Below, piece after piece: positions 29,301-39,781 of a DNA stretch of 64,000 nucleotides. Source of the stretch: a candidate division FCPU426 bacterium (GTDB lineage: Bacteria > Oederibacteriota > Muellerivitia > Muellerivitales > Muellerivitaceae). The DNA lies in NCBI GenBank assembly GCA_963796105.1, contig CAWCKJ010000003.1, forward strand, positions 320,001 through 384,000, read 5' to 3'. The notes beneath the pieces are model-generated. The model saw only the letters and a program-made list of their open reading frames with translations. It was not told the DNA's origin and did not search any database. Positions within the stretch are counted from its first letter, which is position 1, and each line of letters opens with the position of its first letter. Both the position numbers and the translations under genes were made by a program.

Positions 29301-30344
29301 TTGTATTTTGACGATTTCTCAAACAGGCTGAGAAAAAACTCCCTGCCAAGTCTTCTCCTTTTTTACGGTGATTCCGAGGGGGTCATTTTCGAGGGCTTGC
29401 AGGCCGTTAAAAAGGCCTTTCTCTCCGCCAATCCAACCGGCGCGATCGAGAATTTCGACGCCGTAGAGTCCGGCTTACCAAAGGTCCTTTCCGCAGCCCA
29501 AACCTCTTTCCTTTTCGCGTCCCTTCAATTGTTGGTCGTCAATAACGCGGAAAAAATCCTGGGAGGGCGTTCCGAGGAAGCGGTCAAGCAATTATCGTCC
29601 TATTGCGAAAACTTGAACACCACGACCCACCTGGTTTTCCTGGCGGAGGGAATGAGGAAAACAGCCAAAGTCGTTTCCTTAATCGAGAAAAACGGATGGG
29701 CCGTTCAATGCTCCGATATTCCCGAATGGAAAATTTCATCCTGGCTTCAAGAGCAATGCAAGGCGAAAGGCATTACTTTAAGCGACGAGGCCGCCAAGGA
29801 CCTTCTCTTGAAGATCGGGCCTAATATCTCCTTCCTTCAGCGGGCATTGGAGCATCTATCCATTTATCTTTATCCGGGCAAGAACGCGTCAGCCAAGGAC
29901 ATCCGTGACCTTCCCGCCCCGGGAATCGAATCGGAGATTTTCAGTCTTTTTGACGCGGCAGGAACGCGTCGGATCGAGAACGCCTTGAACCTATTCCAAC
30001 AAATCGGCAGTGGTGCCGAGTCAGGCGTCCTGACGATGCTTTATGGAAGGATGAGGGACCTGCTTCAAATATCCATTGGAAGGTCGGAAGGCCTTGATCC
30101 AAGCGCTTTGACCAGCAAATTGGGCATCCACCCCTTCCGGCTCAAGAACCTTTGGAGCCAAAGCGAAAGATATTCCACGGAAGAATTGAAAAGGTTCATG
30201 AAAAAATTGATCTACCTGCAGTTTGGGGTCGTGACGGGTCGATTGGGGAAAGAAGTCGTGGGGCCGGCAATAGAAAATTGGATTTTAAGTTTAAACCGGA
30301 AAAACGCACTCGGATCAAGTGTTTCAAAGGGCTCCAAAACCTAG
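29301..30344 (+). CDS. holA: DNA polymerase III delta subunit
   Basis: LLFYGD, SFLFA..LLVV, LGIHPF; position next to rpsT. Confidence 0.85.
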   Translation: MYFDDFSNRLRKNSLPSLLLFYGDSEGVIFEGLQAVKKAFLSANPTGAIENFDAVESGLPKVLSAAQTSFLFASLQLLVVNNAEKILGGRSEEAVKQLSSYCENLNTTTHLVFLAEGMRKTAKVVSLIEKNGWAVQCSDIPEWKISSWLQEQCKAKGITLSDEAAKDLLLKIGPNISFLQRALEHLSIYLYPGKNASAKDIRDLPAPGIESEIFSLFDAAGTRRIENALNLFQQIGSGAESGVLTMLYGRMRDLLQISIGRSEGLDPSALTSKLGIHPFRLKNLWSQSERYSTEELKRFMKKLIYLQFGVVTGRLGKEVVGPAIENWILSLNRKNALGSSVSKGSKT

Positions 30345-30357
30345 TAGCCCTTCTTGA

Positions 30358-30621
30358 TTACGCCTTTTTAAACTTTTTGTGAACCATGATGGAAAGGCGG
30401 GATTTGTGCCGGGAAGCGTTCTTTCGCTTGATGACATCCTTGGAGCAGGCTTGGTCCAAAACCTTCATGGCCAAAACCAGGTTCTTTTTGGCTTCTTCTT
30501 CGGTCTTGGACATGCGGACGGATTTGATGATAGTGCGGATTTTATTTTTCAAAGCGGAGTTGCGGGCTGTTCTTCTTTTCGTCCGTCGGATATCCTTCAT
30601 CGAAGATTTGATAATCGGCAT
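30358..30621 (-). CDS. rpsT: 30S ribosomal protein S20
   Basis: MPIIKSSMKDIR...RN...KNASRHKSRL. Confidence 0.95.
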   Translation of the reverse strand: MPIIKSSMKDIRRTKRRTARNSALKNKIRTIIKSVRMSKTEEEAKKNLVLAMKVLDQACSKDVIKRKNASRHKSRLSIMVHKKFKKA

Positions 30622-30693
30622 GAATCCTCCAAAAATTGTGACAGAATGCGAAACGGGGGCATATGGTAAACAAAGTGCGGGGAACTGTCAATA

Positions 30694-32316
30694 ATGGTTA
30701 ATTCCGCTAGTCCATCCAGCGATGTGTCAAAGGAACCTCGTCATTTGGGGGGACATTTCCGTTTGGTTACCTTCGCCACTACCGTCAGCCGGGTGACTGG
30801 ATTTGTGAGGGACCAGCTGAACGCCGCCCTCTTTGGGGCCGGCTGGATGTCGGATGCCTATTTCATGGCCATCCGAATACCAAGCCTCTTAAGGGACTTA
30901 TTCGCGGAAGGCGCCCTCTCCAACGCCTTTGTCCCGGCATTCACCTCCCGCTTGAACGATAGGAAAGACGCCTGGAAATTGGCCTCACAGGTTTTCACTC
31001 TTCTCATGGTGGCGACAGGCCTGCTGTCGGCTCTTGGAATCCTGCTGGCTCCCCAGATCGTTTGGATCATCGCCCATGGATTCATTCCGAACCTGGATAA
31101 ATTTTCCCTGACCATCGAACTGACGAGAATTCTTTTTCCCGTCCTGGCCTTCGTGTCCCTGGCGGCCCTTTGGATGGGAACGCTCAATTCGCTCTATAAG
31201 TTCACATGGCCCGCTTTCGCTCCGGTTTTCATGAACCTCACCCAAATCGCCGCGGGATTTCTTCTTTTAAAAGTCTGGAAAGCGACAACTCCGGATGAGG
31301 AGCTGCGAAACGTCCGGCTTTGGGCCGCCTCCATGACCCTCGGCATGCTTTTACAGTGGCTGGTCCAGGTTCCGGCGGCCATCAGGCAGGGGGCCAAATT
31401 CAGGTGGATCTGGCCCCCCAATCACCCTGGCGTCAAGGAAATGCTGAGGTTGATGGGCCCGGCGGTGGTAAGCCAGTCCGTCCTGCAGGTCAATCTTCTG
31501 GTAAACCAGTTTTTCGCCTCGTTTCTCGCCACAGGTTTCGTGACTTACCTTTATTATGGAAATCGTCTCTTTCAACTGCCCTTCGGTATTCTAGGGGTTT
31601 CATTATCCACCGTTCTGTTTCCTCTCCTCTCCAGGCTTTTAAGCGAAGGAAAGAAAGAGGAGTTCGGCCAAACCTTAAGCCGTGGACTATCAGCCGGTTT
31701 GTTCATGATGATTCCTTGCACGGTTGGGATTTGGATAACGGCCCAAGCGGCTTGCCTTCTCGCTTTCCAGCACGGACGTTTCACACCGGAAGCGAGCCAG
31801 GCAACCGCCGAGGCGACCGCGATTTACGCCCTTGGTTTGGTGGGTTACACCGGAGTCAAAATTTTGCAGCCCGCGTTTTTCGCGGGCGGGAACTCCAAAA
31901 TTCCTCTTTCATCCTCTCTTTGCGCCATGCTGACCAATGCCGGCTTGAATTTCGCAGCTTTCCTGTTTGTCGCTGATTCCCATACGCGTTTTTGGGGGCT
32001 GGCTCTGGCCTCTGGTTTGGGGGCTATGGTCAATTTAGTTTGGTTATTATCTCATTTGGAAAAAATCGGGATTCATCTGCAATGGACTTTCTTGAGACGA
32101 GAGGCTATTAAAACCATTGCCGCATCAATCGTCATGGGACTTCTCGTCCAAATGACATTGAGTCTGTTGCAAAAATTGAACCTTCCATGGGCGAAGGTCT
32201 GGAATTTCACCATTCCGGTCCTTGTGGGCTTGGCTGTTTATTTATCGCTTAGCAAAATAATGAGACATGAAGGCCTCAGGTGGATATCAGGATCCAGAAA
32301 TGAAAAAATCTCTTAA
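30694..32316 (+). CDS. murJ: Lipid II flippase MurJ
   Basis: SRVTGFVRD, FAEGALSNAFVP, RLFQLPFG. Confidence 0.95.
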   Translation: MVNSASPSSDVSKEPRHLGGHFRLVTFATTVSRVTGFVRDQLNAALFGAGWMSDAYFMAIRIPSLLRDLFAEGALSNAFVPAFTSRLNDRKDAWKLASQVFTLLMVATGLLSALGILLAPQIVWIIAHGFIPNLDKFSLTIELTRILFPVLAFVSLAALWMGTLNSLYKFTWPAFAPVFMNLTQIAAGFLLLKVWKATTPDEELRNVRLWAASMTLGMLLQWLVQVPAAIRQGAKFRWIWPPNHPGVKEMLRLMGPAVVSQSVLQVNLLVNQFFASFLATGFVTYLYYGNRLFQLPFGILGVSLSTVLFPLLSRLLSEGKKEEFGQTLSRGLSAGLFMMIPCTVGIWITAQAACLLAFQHGRFTPEASQATAEATAIYALGLVGYTGVKILQPAFFAGGNSKIPLSSSLCAMLTNAGLNFAAFLFVADSHTRFWGLALASGLGAMVNLVWLLSHLEKIGIHLQWTFLRREAIKTIAASIVMGLLVQMTLSLLQKLNLPWAKVWNFTIPVLVGLAVYLSLSKIMRHEGLRWISGSRNEKIS

Positions 32317-32887
32317 ATCGGCGAAAGCCACAGCCGACATTTCTTGGGGGATGATTGAAACAAGTTTCGGTTGGTGCGCCGCCGCTTGGTCCCCGAAGGG
32401 TGTGTTAGCCTTTATCCTTCCAAAAAAAACACGAAAAAGCGCGCTGCAGGAATTAAAAAGAATCTTCCCGCTTGTGCGATTGAATTGTTTCGGGAATAAA
32501 GAATCAAAAATTACTTCCGATTTTCAGGGAAAATTATCAGCCGCGCTTGTTGGAAAAGCATTTCGACCCATTCCTCTGGACACTCGATTATCGACCCCAT
32601 TCCAAAGAAAAATCCTAAACGCCACCCGGCTTGTCAAGAAAGGTCAGACGCGTTCTTATGCTTGGGTGGCGCAAAAAGCCGGTTCACCACGAGGTTGTCG
32701 GGCAGCTGGCCAGGCTCTTAATCGAAACCCAATCCCCTTATTCATTCCATGTCACAGAATCGTGGCCTCGAACAGAAATCTAGGCGGCTTCGGAAGCGGT
32801 ATTCAATGGAAAATCAAACTTTTAAAGGCTGAGGGTGTTCCAATTGAAACTCCCGGGGAAGATAGTTACAGGGTTGGAAAGGTCTGA
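32300..32887 (+). CDS. ogt: Methylated-DNA--protein-cysteine methyltransferase
   Basis: RAAGQAL..NP...IPCHR. Confidence 0.92.
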   Translation: MKKSLKSAKATADISWGMIETSFGWCAAAWSPKGVLAFILPKKTRKSALQELKRIFPLVRLNCFGNKESKITSDFQGKLSAALVGKAFRPIPLDTRLSTPFQRKILNATRLVKKGQTRSYAWVAQKAGSPRGCRAAGQALNRNPIPLFIPCHRIVASNRNLGGFGSGIQWKIKLLKAEGVPIETPGEDSYRVGKV

Positions 32888-32984
32888 TAAAATATTTACC
32901 GTAATTGATGATTTGCCCTGCCTCAATGACGCTACTACCAAGTGAGTTTTACGGGGATTTTAACCACTTATTTAAGGGGAATGG

Positions 32985-34790
32985 ATGCTTCAAGGCAACA
33001 TCGATAAATATAAACTCCTCGAAATCAAGGGCAGCGGCACTTTCGGAACCGTCTGGCTGGCCGAAGACACATGGATCGGAAAAAAAGTGGCGATTAAAAT
33101 CCCTCATAACCAAAAAGAGGAATTTACCACCCTCATCGCGGAACCGAAACTCCTAGCCTCTTTAGACCATCCCAATATCGTGCAAATCCTGACCGTGGAT
33201 AAAGCCGAAAATATATTTTTCATGGTGATGGAATACGTGGATGGCAAGAATCTCGCCCAGCTGCTCCAAGAAACTTCCCTGACTTATAAAGAGGGAATCG
33301 ATATCATCGTTCAAATCCTTTCCGCCTTGCAGCACGCTCACGAGAAGAACGTCATTCACCGCGATTTGAAACCAGGAAACATCCTTCTTACCTCCGACAG
33401 GAAGGCGAAAATCACCGACTTTGGAACGGCCATGATTCAATCAGGGAAGAACGGCGCCGGGATCGGAGGTACCCTCTTTTATATGGCAAAAGAGCAGGTC
33501 TTGGGGCATCCCACTCCCGCGTCAGACCTTTACTCGGTCGGCGTAATCCTTTATGAAATGGTCACTGGCAAGCTTCCATTTTCCGATGAAGTCCCTATGG
33601 CGGTCTTAAATAAAATCCTGAAGGATGATCCGCCAGCGCCTCATCAGTTGAACCCGGCTATTCCCAGGGAATTGGAATCCGTCATTTTGAAGGCCATGCA
33701 AAAGGAATTATCGAAACGTTATCAGTCAGCCGCTGAGATGAAACATGATTTGGAGAAAATACCTATTTCTCTTCTTTCATCCCCGATCTCCGTGGGAAGC
33801 AAAAGCCAGGAATTGTTGACGCATACCCTGATCCAAGAAGCTCAAAAGAAACAAATCAAAGAAGTGGGGGATATCAACACCCTGCGTTACCAAGGTTACC
33901 ATTACAAATTAATCCGAACGATCGGAACCCGAGGCAAGGAAGAGGGAAACTTCATTTCCCCGGTTTCAGTGGCAGTCGACGCCCAAAAACGGGTTTATGT
34001 TTGTGATTCCTTGAAATGCAATATCCAGGTTTTTGATTTCGAGGGTAAGTTCCTTTACTCCGTTGGTAAATTCGGTAAAGACATGGGAGACCCGCGGGAG
34101 GTGTTTTTCCTCATGCCGGTCTCTGTCGTTGTCGATCAAGGCGGAAACCTCGTGGTTTTGGACGCGAAAACCTGTTCTGTCCAAATCATCGGGAAATCGG
34201 GGGAACTCATCGCGAAATTCGGGGAACCAGCCTCTCCCACCACTGGAAAAATAGAAATCGGAGCTGGCGGTTTTTTCCACCCCCAAGCCTTGGCCTTGGA
34301 CGAAAAGGATAATATTTATGTTTCCGACACTGGCAACCATCGAATCCGGGTTTTCAATCCCGCAGGAAAAGTATTGAATAAGTTCGGGATTCAGGGCGCA
34401 AGATTGGGTGAGTTTAATAGCCCCGCTGGCATCACTTTGGACAACGCCTCGAATCTATTGGTCGTAGATGAAAAAAACTACCGGGTCCAAATTTTCACCT
34501 ACCGGGGCGTTTTCAAGAATAAATTCGGCAAAAGGGGGAGTAGCCGGGGCGAGTTTTCTTCGCCCATCGGAATCGCGACCGATTCAAAAAGGAATATTTT
34601 CGTTTCCGATCGGGACCTGCGTATACAAATATTCGATCCAGAAGGCTATTATTTAACCGAGTTCGGGACTCCCCAGGGCAATTATAAAATCGCCCCTAAA
34701 TATTATGGTATGGTCATGGACCCCGAAAATAATCTATATATAACCGATGTCGCCAATTGCAGTGTTTTGATTTACGCCCTGAAGAAATGA
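32985..34790 (+). CDS. Hanks-type Ser/Thr protein kinase with C-terminal NHL beta-propeller
   Basis: GSGTFG, VAIK, HRDLKPGN, DFG; about six 'F..P.G.A.D....YV.D..N.R.Q.F' repeats; no TM segment seen. Confidence 0.93.
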   Translation: MLQGNIDKYKLLEIKGSGTFGTVWLAEDTWIGKKVAIKIPHNQKEEFTTLIAEPKLLASLDHPNIVQILTVDKAENIFFMVMEYVDGKNLAQLLQETSLTYKEGIDIIVQILSALQHAHEKNVIHRDLKPGNILLTSDRKAKITDFGTAMIQSGKNGAGIGGTLFYMAKEQVLGHPTPASDLYSVGVILYEMVTGKLPFSDEVPMAVLNKILKDDPPAPHQLNPAIPRELESVILKAMQKELSKRYQSAAEMKHDLEKIPISLLSSPISVGSKSQELLTHTLIQEAQKKQIKEVGDINTLRYQGYHYKLIRTIGTRGKEEGNFISPVSVAVDAQKRVYVCDSLKCNIQVFDFEGKFLYSVGKFGKDMGDPREVFFLMPVSVVVDQGGNLVVLDAKTCSVQIIGKSGELIAKFGEPASPTTGKIEIGAGGFFHPQALALDEKDNIYVSDTGNHRIRVFNPAGKVLNKFGIQGARLGEFNSPAGITLDNASNLLVVDEKNYRVQIFTYRGVFKNKFGKRGSSRGEFSSPIGIATDSKRNIFVSDRDLRIQIFDPEGYYLTEFGTPQGNYKIAPKYYGMVMDPENNLYITDVANCSVLIYALKK

Positions 34791-34797
34791 GCCTTTT

Positions 34798-36378
34798 ATG
34801 AGCCCCAATCCCACTGCATCCGAGTCGGAAACGCCAGGCCGGATCATTCTCACTCCCGGCAAAACGACCGGTAAACCCCAAATTACCATTACCGTCCTCG
34901 CGGGACCTGAACAGGGTCAGGTTTTCAAAATCTCGAGGCCCACGACCACTATTGGAAGGTCGAATACTTGCGAAATCGTCATTACTGATCCCCTTGTATC
35001 AAGGCAACACTGCCAAATCCTTCTGGGAATGGGCGGAATCAATCTTAAGGATTTAGGGAGTACCAATGGTACCTTTTTGAACGGCTCACGGTTGACCGAG
35101 AACCCACTTCGAAACCAAGACGTCATCTCAATCGGCTCATCGCGCCTTCGATTCGCCGTGGAAGTTTCAAAAGAAACCCTGGACAACAAGAATTACAAGA
35201 TCGACGAACTCGCGCATAAAAAGCTTCTTACCCTTTATGAGGTTGGGAATATAGTCAATTCCGTTCTCGAGTTGAAAACGCTTCTCTCCATCATCATGGC
35301 GATGGCGATCAAAGTGATGCAGGCTAACCGCGGATTCCTTCTCATTCGGGAAAAAAACGGGGAATTAAAGCCCGTGGCGACCCACGCTTTGACGGCGGCA
35401 GAAGCCCAAGCGCCTTACAGTCAAACTATTGTGGATACCGTTTTAAAAGAAAGAGTACCGGTGTTGGTTTTAGACGCCTCGCAGGATGTCCGTTTTTCAG
35501 CCAGAGAAAGCCTGCGCGCCCTCCCGTTATCCTCGGTCATTTGCGTGCCTATTTGGGAGCGGGACAATATTGTGGGCGTCATTTATGTCGACAAAGCGGA
35601 GGGAACCAATACCTTTAATGAAGAGGACATGTATTTTCTCTCCGCTTTCGCCAACCAGGCCGCTGTCGCGATCACGAACGCCAAACTATTTGATGATGTA
35701 AGGCGGGAGGAACGCCTGAGGACCTCTCTCCAGCGTTATCTTTCCCCCAACCTAGTTGATGAAATGATCCAAAAAAGCGGAGTCACTTTTTCCCTGGGCG
35801 GCGAAAAAAGAAAAATTTCGATATTATTCTGCGATATACGGGGATTCACCTCGCTCACTGAAAGGGAACCCGTGGAAGTGGTCGTGAGTCTTCTCAATGA
35901 GTACTTCAGCGCGATGTCCGAGGTTATTTTCTCGAACCATGGCACATTGGATAAGTTCATCGGCGACGCCATAATGGCCATCTACGGCGCGCCCCTGGAT
36001 TTGGCTGACAATGTCTTCGATTGCGTAAAAACCGCCATTGAAATGCGGGAGAAACTCATATATCTAAATGAAAAATGGAAGTCCTTGAACAAACCTCAAA
36101 TTCAGGTCGGTTACGGGATCAATACTGGCGAGGCGATCGTGGGCAATATTGGCAGTGAGCGTCGAATGGAATACACGGCCATAGGGGACATGGTGAACGT
36201 GGCTTCACGCATCGAGGGTGAAACTGAAAGTAACCAGATCTTTATCACCGAATCCACTTTCGCCGAATTGGGCAGCCGCGTGAATGTTAAAAAACTTTCT
36301 CCCGTCAAGTTAAAAGGTAAAAGCTCCAAGGTGCAAATTTTTGAGGTTATCGGCCTGAACAAAACTCCTTTACCTTAG
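34798..36378 (+). CDS. FHA-GAF-class III adenylate cyclase
   Basis: FHA (IGRS, VSRQH, STNGT), GAF (SVICVPI, IYVD, FNEED), cyclase (FCDIRGFT, DKFIGDA, YTAIGDMVNVASR). Confidence 0.93.
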   Translation: MSPNPTASESETPGRIILTPGKTTGKPQITITVLAGPEQGQVFKISRPTTTIGRSNTCEIVITDPLVSRQHCQILLGMGGINLKDLGSTNGTFLNGSRLTENPLRNQDVISIGSSRLRFAVEVSKETLDNKNYKIDELAHKKLLTLYEVGNIVNSVLELKTLLSIIMAMAIKVMQANRGFLLIREKNGELKPVATHALTAAEAQAPYSQTIVDTVLKERVPVLVLDASQDVRFSARESLRALPLSSVICVPIWERDNIVGVIYVDKAEGTNTFNEEDMYFLSAFANQAAVAITNAKLFDDVRREERLRTSLQRYLSPNLVDEMIQKSGVTFSLGGEKRKISILFCDIRGFTSLTEREPVEVVVSLLNEYFSAMSEVIFSNHGTLDKFIGDAIMAIYGAPLDLADNVFDCVKTAIEMREKLIYLNEKWKSLNKPQIQVGYGINTGEAIVGNIGSERRMEYTAIGDMVNVASRIEGETESNQIFITESTFAELGSRVNVKKLSPVKLKGKSSKVQIFEVIGLNKTPLP

Positions 36379-36434
36379 TTTGCGCATTCTTTTTACCCCT
36401 TTTATAAAACATAGGCTTTTTCATTTTCAGCCGG

Positions 36435-38270
36435 ATGAAAGAATTAGACATGGACAAAATCAATAATCTTCCCGAGAACATAATCAATCAAATTGCCGCC
36501 GGCGAGGTGATCGAAAGGCCGGCGTCCGTAGTCAAAGAATTCCTGGAAAACGCATTGGATGCCGGCGCTGAAAACATAGAGGTCTTTGTGGAAGGCGCGG
36601 GGATGAAGCTTATCAAAGTTTCCGATGATGGCCAGGGGATTTCCTCCGCAGACGCGGTCCTTACCATCCGAAAACACGCCACTAGCAAAATATTCAGTTT
36701 GGATGACTTATCAAATATTCAATCATTCGGATTCCGGGGCGAGGCTTTAGCCAGCATCGCAGCCGTTTCCCATTTCGAGATTACCTCCAGGGAAAAGAAC
36801 GCTCTTTCCGGTTTCAGCATAAAAGTGAAAGGCGGAGGCAAAATTCAGCCCCAAGAAATCGGCAGGCCGATAGGAACTACCGTCACCGCTTCCAATCTTT
36901 TTTTCAACACTCCCGCCAGGCTTAAGTTCATGAAACGAAAATCAACCGAGGAAAACCACATTTTCATGACTGTGTCGAATTACGCCCTCTCCTTCCGTGA
37001 AAAGTCCTTTAAATTGTTCATGGATGGTAAACAGGTTCTTGAGGCAATCCCAACCAATTTACAAGGAAGAATCGGCCAAATTTTAGGGAAAGACATTTCA
37101 AGTTACATGGTGCCCATAAGTTTTAATTCCGGGCAAATCCAAATCAACGGAGCCGTTAGCCTTCCATCCATGACCAAACCCACCAGGGAAAACATTCTTT
37201 TCTTCGTGAATCACCGCTGGGTTTCTAACCCGTCCCTCTCTCATGCCGTCATGACTGCATTTCATACCCTGTTACCGACAAGGCGGTTTCCCGTTTCCGT
37301 CTTGTTTTTATCGATATCGCCGGAACAAGTGGATGTGAATGTCCACCCCACAAAAAAAGAGGTTAAATTCGCGGATGACCGCGCAGTCTATAACGCGGTT
37401 GTTTCCTCCGTCCGGGAAGGAATTCTCGCTTCTCCGGGCGTAAATTCCAATCCTCCAGCCTTCGAGGATCAAAAACCGGCCACTTATTCTTTCAGTGAAG
37501 ATAAACCTTTTGAAGCGCGGGAAAACAAGATTTCCTATTCAAACGATAATTCTTTTAACAGTTCCAGGCCTGCCACATCGGTTTCCCCTTATCAGATTTT
37601 TCGCGATAAACCTTCCGGGGATGAAATTCGGTCTTTTTTCGAAAAAGATTCCCCATCCGCACCCCGAATTGATCCAGACATTTCGCTTTATAATTTCTCC
37701 CAACTTTTCAACACGTTTATTGTTTTTCAATCTGATTCTGAAATGTACATAGCGGATCAACACACTGTCCACGAGCGCATTAATTACGAGCGATTCATGA
37801 AAGCGCTCAACGCCAAAAATACGGAAATCCAAAAATTATTGGTCCCAATAACATTGGAGTTCAACCCCAAGGAAGCACTTATCGTCAAAAATAATATTGA
37901 ACTTCTGGCCGAGTTGGGCCTGGAAATCGCCCCATTTGGAGGGAACACATTTTTATTCAGCAGTGTTCCAAGTGATCTTAAGGATAAAAATCCAACTAGC
38001 CTTATACGGGACTTGGTGGATGATATAGCATCGAACGATAACGAAGCCTCAAAAAACACAGATCGGATTGAACATATTCGCGAAAAAGTCACGACCTTCC
38101 TGTCCTGCCGCAGTTCGGTCATGGCAGGGGACCGTCTTAACGAGCCTCAAATGCGATCATTAATAGACCAAATGAGAAAAGCAAATTTTCCTTTTACCTG
38201 TCCTCATGGCCGCCCCACCATCATTACTATACCCTTATCCGAACTTTACCGGAAATTTGACCGGCATTGA
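36435..38270 (+). CDS. mutL: DNA mismatch repair endonuclease MutL
   Basis: IAAGEVIERP, GFRGEAL, DQHTVHER, CPHGRP. Confidence 0.98.
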   Translation: MKELDMDKINNLPENIINQIAAGEVIERPASVVKEFLENALDAGAENIEVFVEGAGMKLIKVSDDGQGISSADAVLTIRKHATSKIFSLDDLSNIQSFGFRGEALASIAAVSHFEITSREKNALSGFSIKVKGGGKIQPQEIGRPIGTTVTASNLFFNTPARLKFMKRKSTEENHIFMTVSNYALSFREKSFKLFMDGKQVLEAIPTNLQGRIGQILGKDISSYMVPISFNSGQIQINGAVSLPSMTKPTRENILFFVNHRWVSNPSLSHAVMTAFHTLLPTRRFPVSVLFLSISPEQVDVNVHPTKKEVKFADDRAVYNAVVSSVREGILASPGVNSNPPAFEDQKPATYSFSEDKPFEARENKISYSNDNSFNSSRPATSVSPYQIFRDKPSGDEIRSFFEKDSPSAPRIDPDISLYNFSQLFNTFIVFQSDSEMYIADQHTVHERINYERFMKALNAKNTEIQKLLVPITLEFNPKEALIVKNNIELLAELGLEIAPFGGNTFLFSSVPSDLKDKNPTSLIRDLVDDIASNDNEASKNTDRIEHIREKVTTFLSCRSSVMAGDRLNEPQMRSLIDQMRKANFPFTCPHGRPTIITIPLSELYRKFDRH

Positions 38271-38313
38271 GTTTTGGCCATTCAGTAGGTTTAAACTATT
38301 TGGTGAAAATTAG

Positions 38314-39258
38314 ATGGATATTAAAAATTATAAAGTTCCCATTCTGATTGGCCCCACCGGAGTCGGGAAATCTGAAATCGCCTTTCTGATCGCCAAGAAA
38401 ATAGGTCTGGAAATCATTTCCGCTGACGCATACCAGGTTTACAGGGGTTTGCCCATTGGAACAGCTCAACCTCCTAGTTCCTGGCAGATTCAGGTTCCTC
38501 ATTTTTTGATAGGAAATCGAAATCCAAAACTCACATGGAGCGCGGCCGAATTCGCAGTTGAAGCGAAACAAATATTGAAAACTCGGGTTCAAAAAGGAAA
38601 AAGAATTCTAATTGTTGGGGGAGCTGGATTTTATATAAAAACATTGGTTGACGGATTGCCTCAAGGCTCTAAAACAAAAGCCGAAATCAGAAACATGGTT
38701 CAGAATGAATTGGACCTCTTAGGTAGCAACAAGGCGCATCAATGGTTGGAGCGCATAGATCCTGCCACCAGTAAAAGAATTCACGTCAACGACACCAAAA
38801 GGATTAGTAGAGCCTTGGAAAAAGCTTTGGATAATTCTAAAAACGTCAAATTTGAGCCGTTGCACCATGCATCCGTTGATTTTTACGGGTTGGAAATATC
38901 ACGCGAACACTTGGATGACGTTCTTAAACAAAGGGTAGAATTGATGTGGCAAAATGGCCTTTTGGAGGAATCAAAGGGCTTGGAGCATCTGGATCTTGCG
39001 CCAAGTCATCCGATATGGACGGCCATCGGTTATTATGAGGCGTTGGCATTCACAAGGAATGAATTATCCGAAAAAACGGCTAAGGAATTAATCTTCCGAA
39101 GAACCCGGCAATACGCTAAACGTCAAATGACATGGTTTAAACATCAGCATCAGGTGGAATGGCTGAATCTGGAAAAAATTGACAAAGAAACCGCGGTTGA
39201 AATTTTATCCGAAAAAATAAACGCAAATTGGAGTTTGAATGAAGACCGTTCGAATTAG
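38314..39258 (+). CDS. miaA: tRNA dimethylallyltransferase
   Basis: GPTGVGKS, QVYRG, TRQYAKRQMTWF. Confidence 0.96.
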   Translation: MDIKNYKVPILIGPTGVGKSEIAFLIAKKIGLEIISADAYQVYRGLPIGTAQPPSSWQIQVPHFLIGNRNPKLTWSAAEFAVEAKQILKTRVQKGKRILIVGGAGFYIKTLVDGLPQGSKTKAEIRNMVQNELDLLGSNKAHQWLERIDPATSKRIHVNDTKRISRALEKALDNSKNVKFEPLHHASVDFYGLEISREHLDDVLKQRVELMWQNGLLEESKGLEHLDLAPSHPIWTAIGYYEALAFTRNELSEKTAKELIFRRTRQYAKRQMTWFKHQHQVEWLNLEKIDKETAVEILSEKINANWSLNEDRSN

Positions 39259-39682
39259 GGTGGCGGGTATTTTAATCAAAGACGGGAAAATTCTTTTAGT
39301 GCGCCATAAAAAAATCAATGAATCCTATTGGCTTTTGCCCGGGGGGGGGATTGAATTTGGGGAATCAACCGAGAACGCCCTCATTCGCGAGTTTAAGGAA
39401 GAAGTTGGAATAGAAGTTGAAATCGGCAAGTTGGTTTTCGTCCATGACTCTATTCCACGCCAATTATTCCGGCACGGCTTGAATTTATATTTCCTGGTCA
39501 CTGCAAAGAATCATGAAGTAAAGGTAACCCGGGATTCGGTGCTCATGGACGCATCCTTTGTTTCACTCGAAGAATTCAAAAATCTATCGTTACGCCCGGA
39601 CTTGAAAAATGAGATCTTGAATGGGTTGAATGAGAATTGGGCAACCGAGCCCATGTATCTTGGAAACCTTTGGAAAGATTGA
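39239..39682 (+). CDS. NUDIX hydrolase
   Basis: LPGGGIEFGESTENALIREFKEEVG Nudix box. Confidence 0.92.
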   Translation: MKTVRIRVAGILIKDGKILLVRHKKINESYWLLPGGGIEFGESTENALIREFKEEVGIEVEIGKLVFVHDSIPRQLFRHGLNLYFLVTAKNHEVKVTRDSVLMDASFVSLEEFKNLSLRPDLKNEILNGLNENWATEPMYLGNLWKD

Positions 39683-39781
39683 TTCATTTTAAACATAACC
39701 AAAACAAATTATTCCTCAATAAACAGATATTATTTCCGTATTATTGCATCGTTTTTCCTTGTCTGTTAACATAATGACCTT

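Noticed and set aside
39341..39349. G9 tract as a phase-variation switch
   Set aside because: In frame and encodes the conserved PGGG before the Nudix box; no evidence of slippage.
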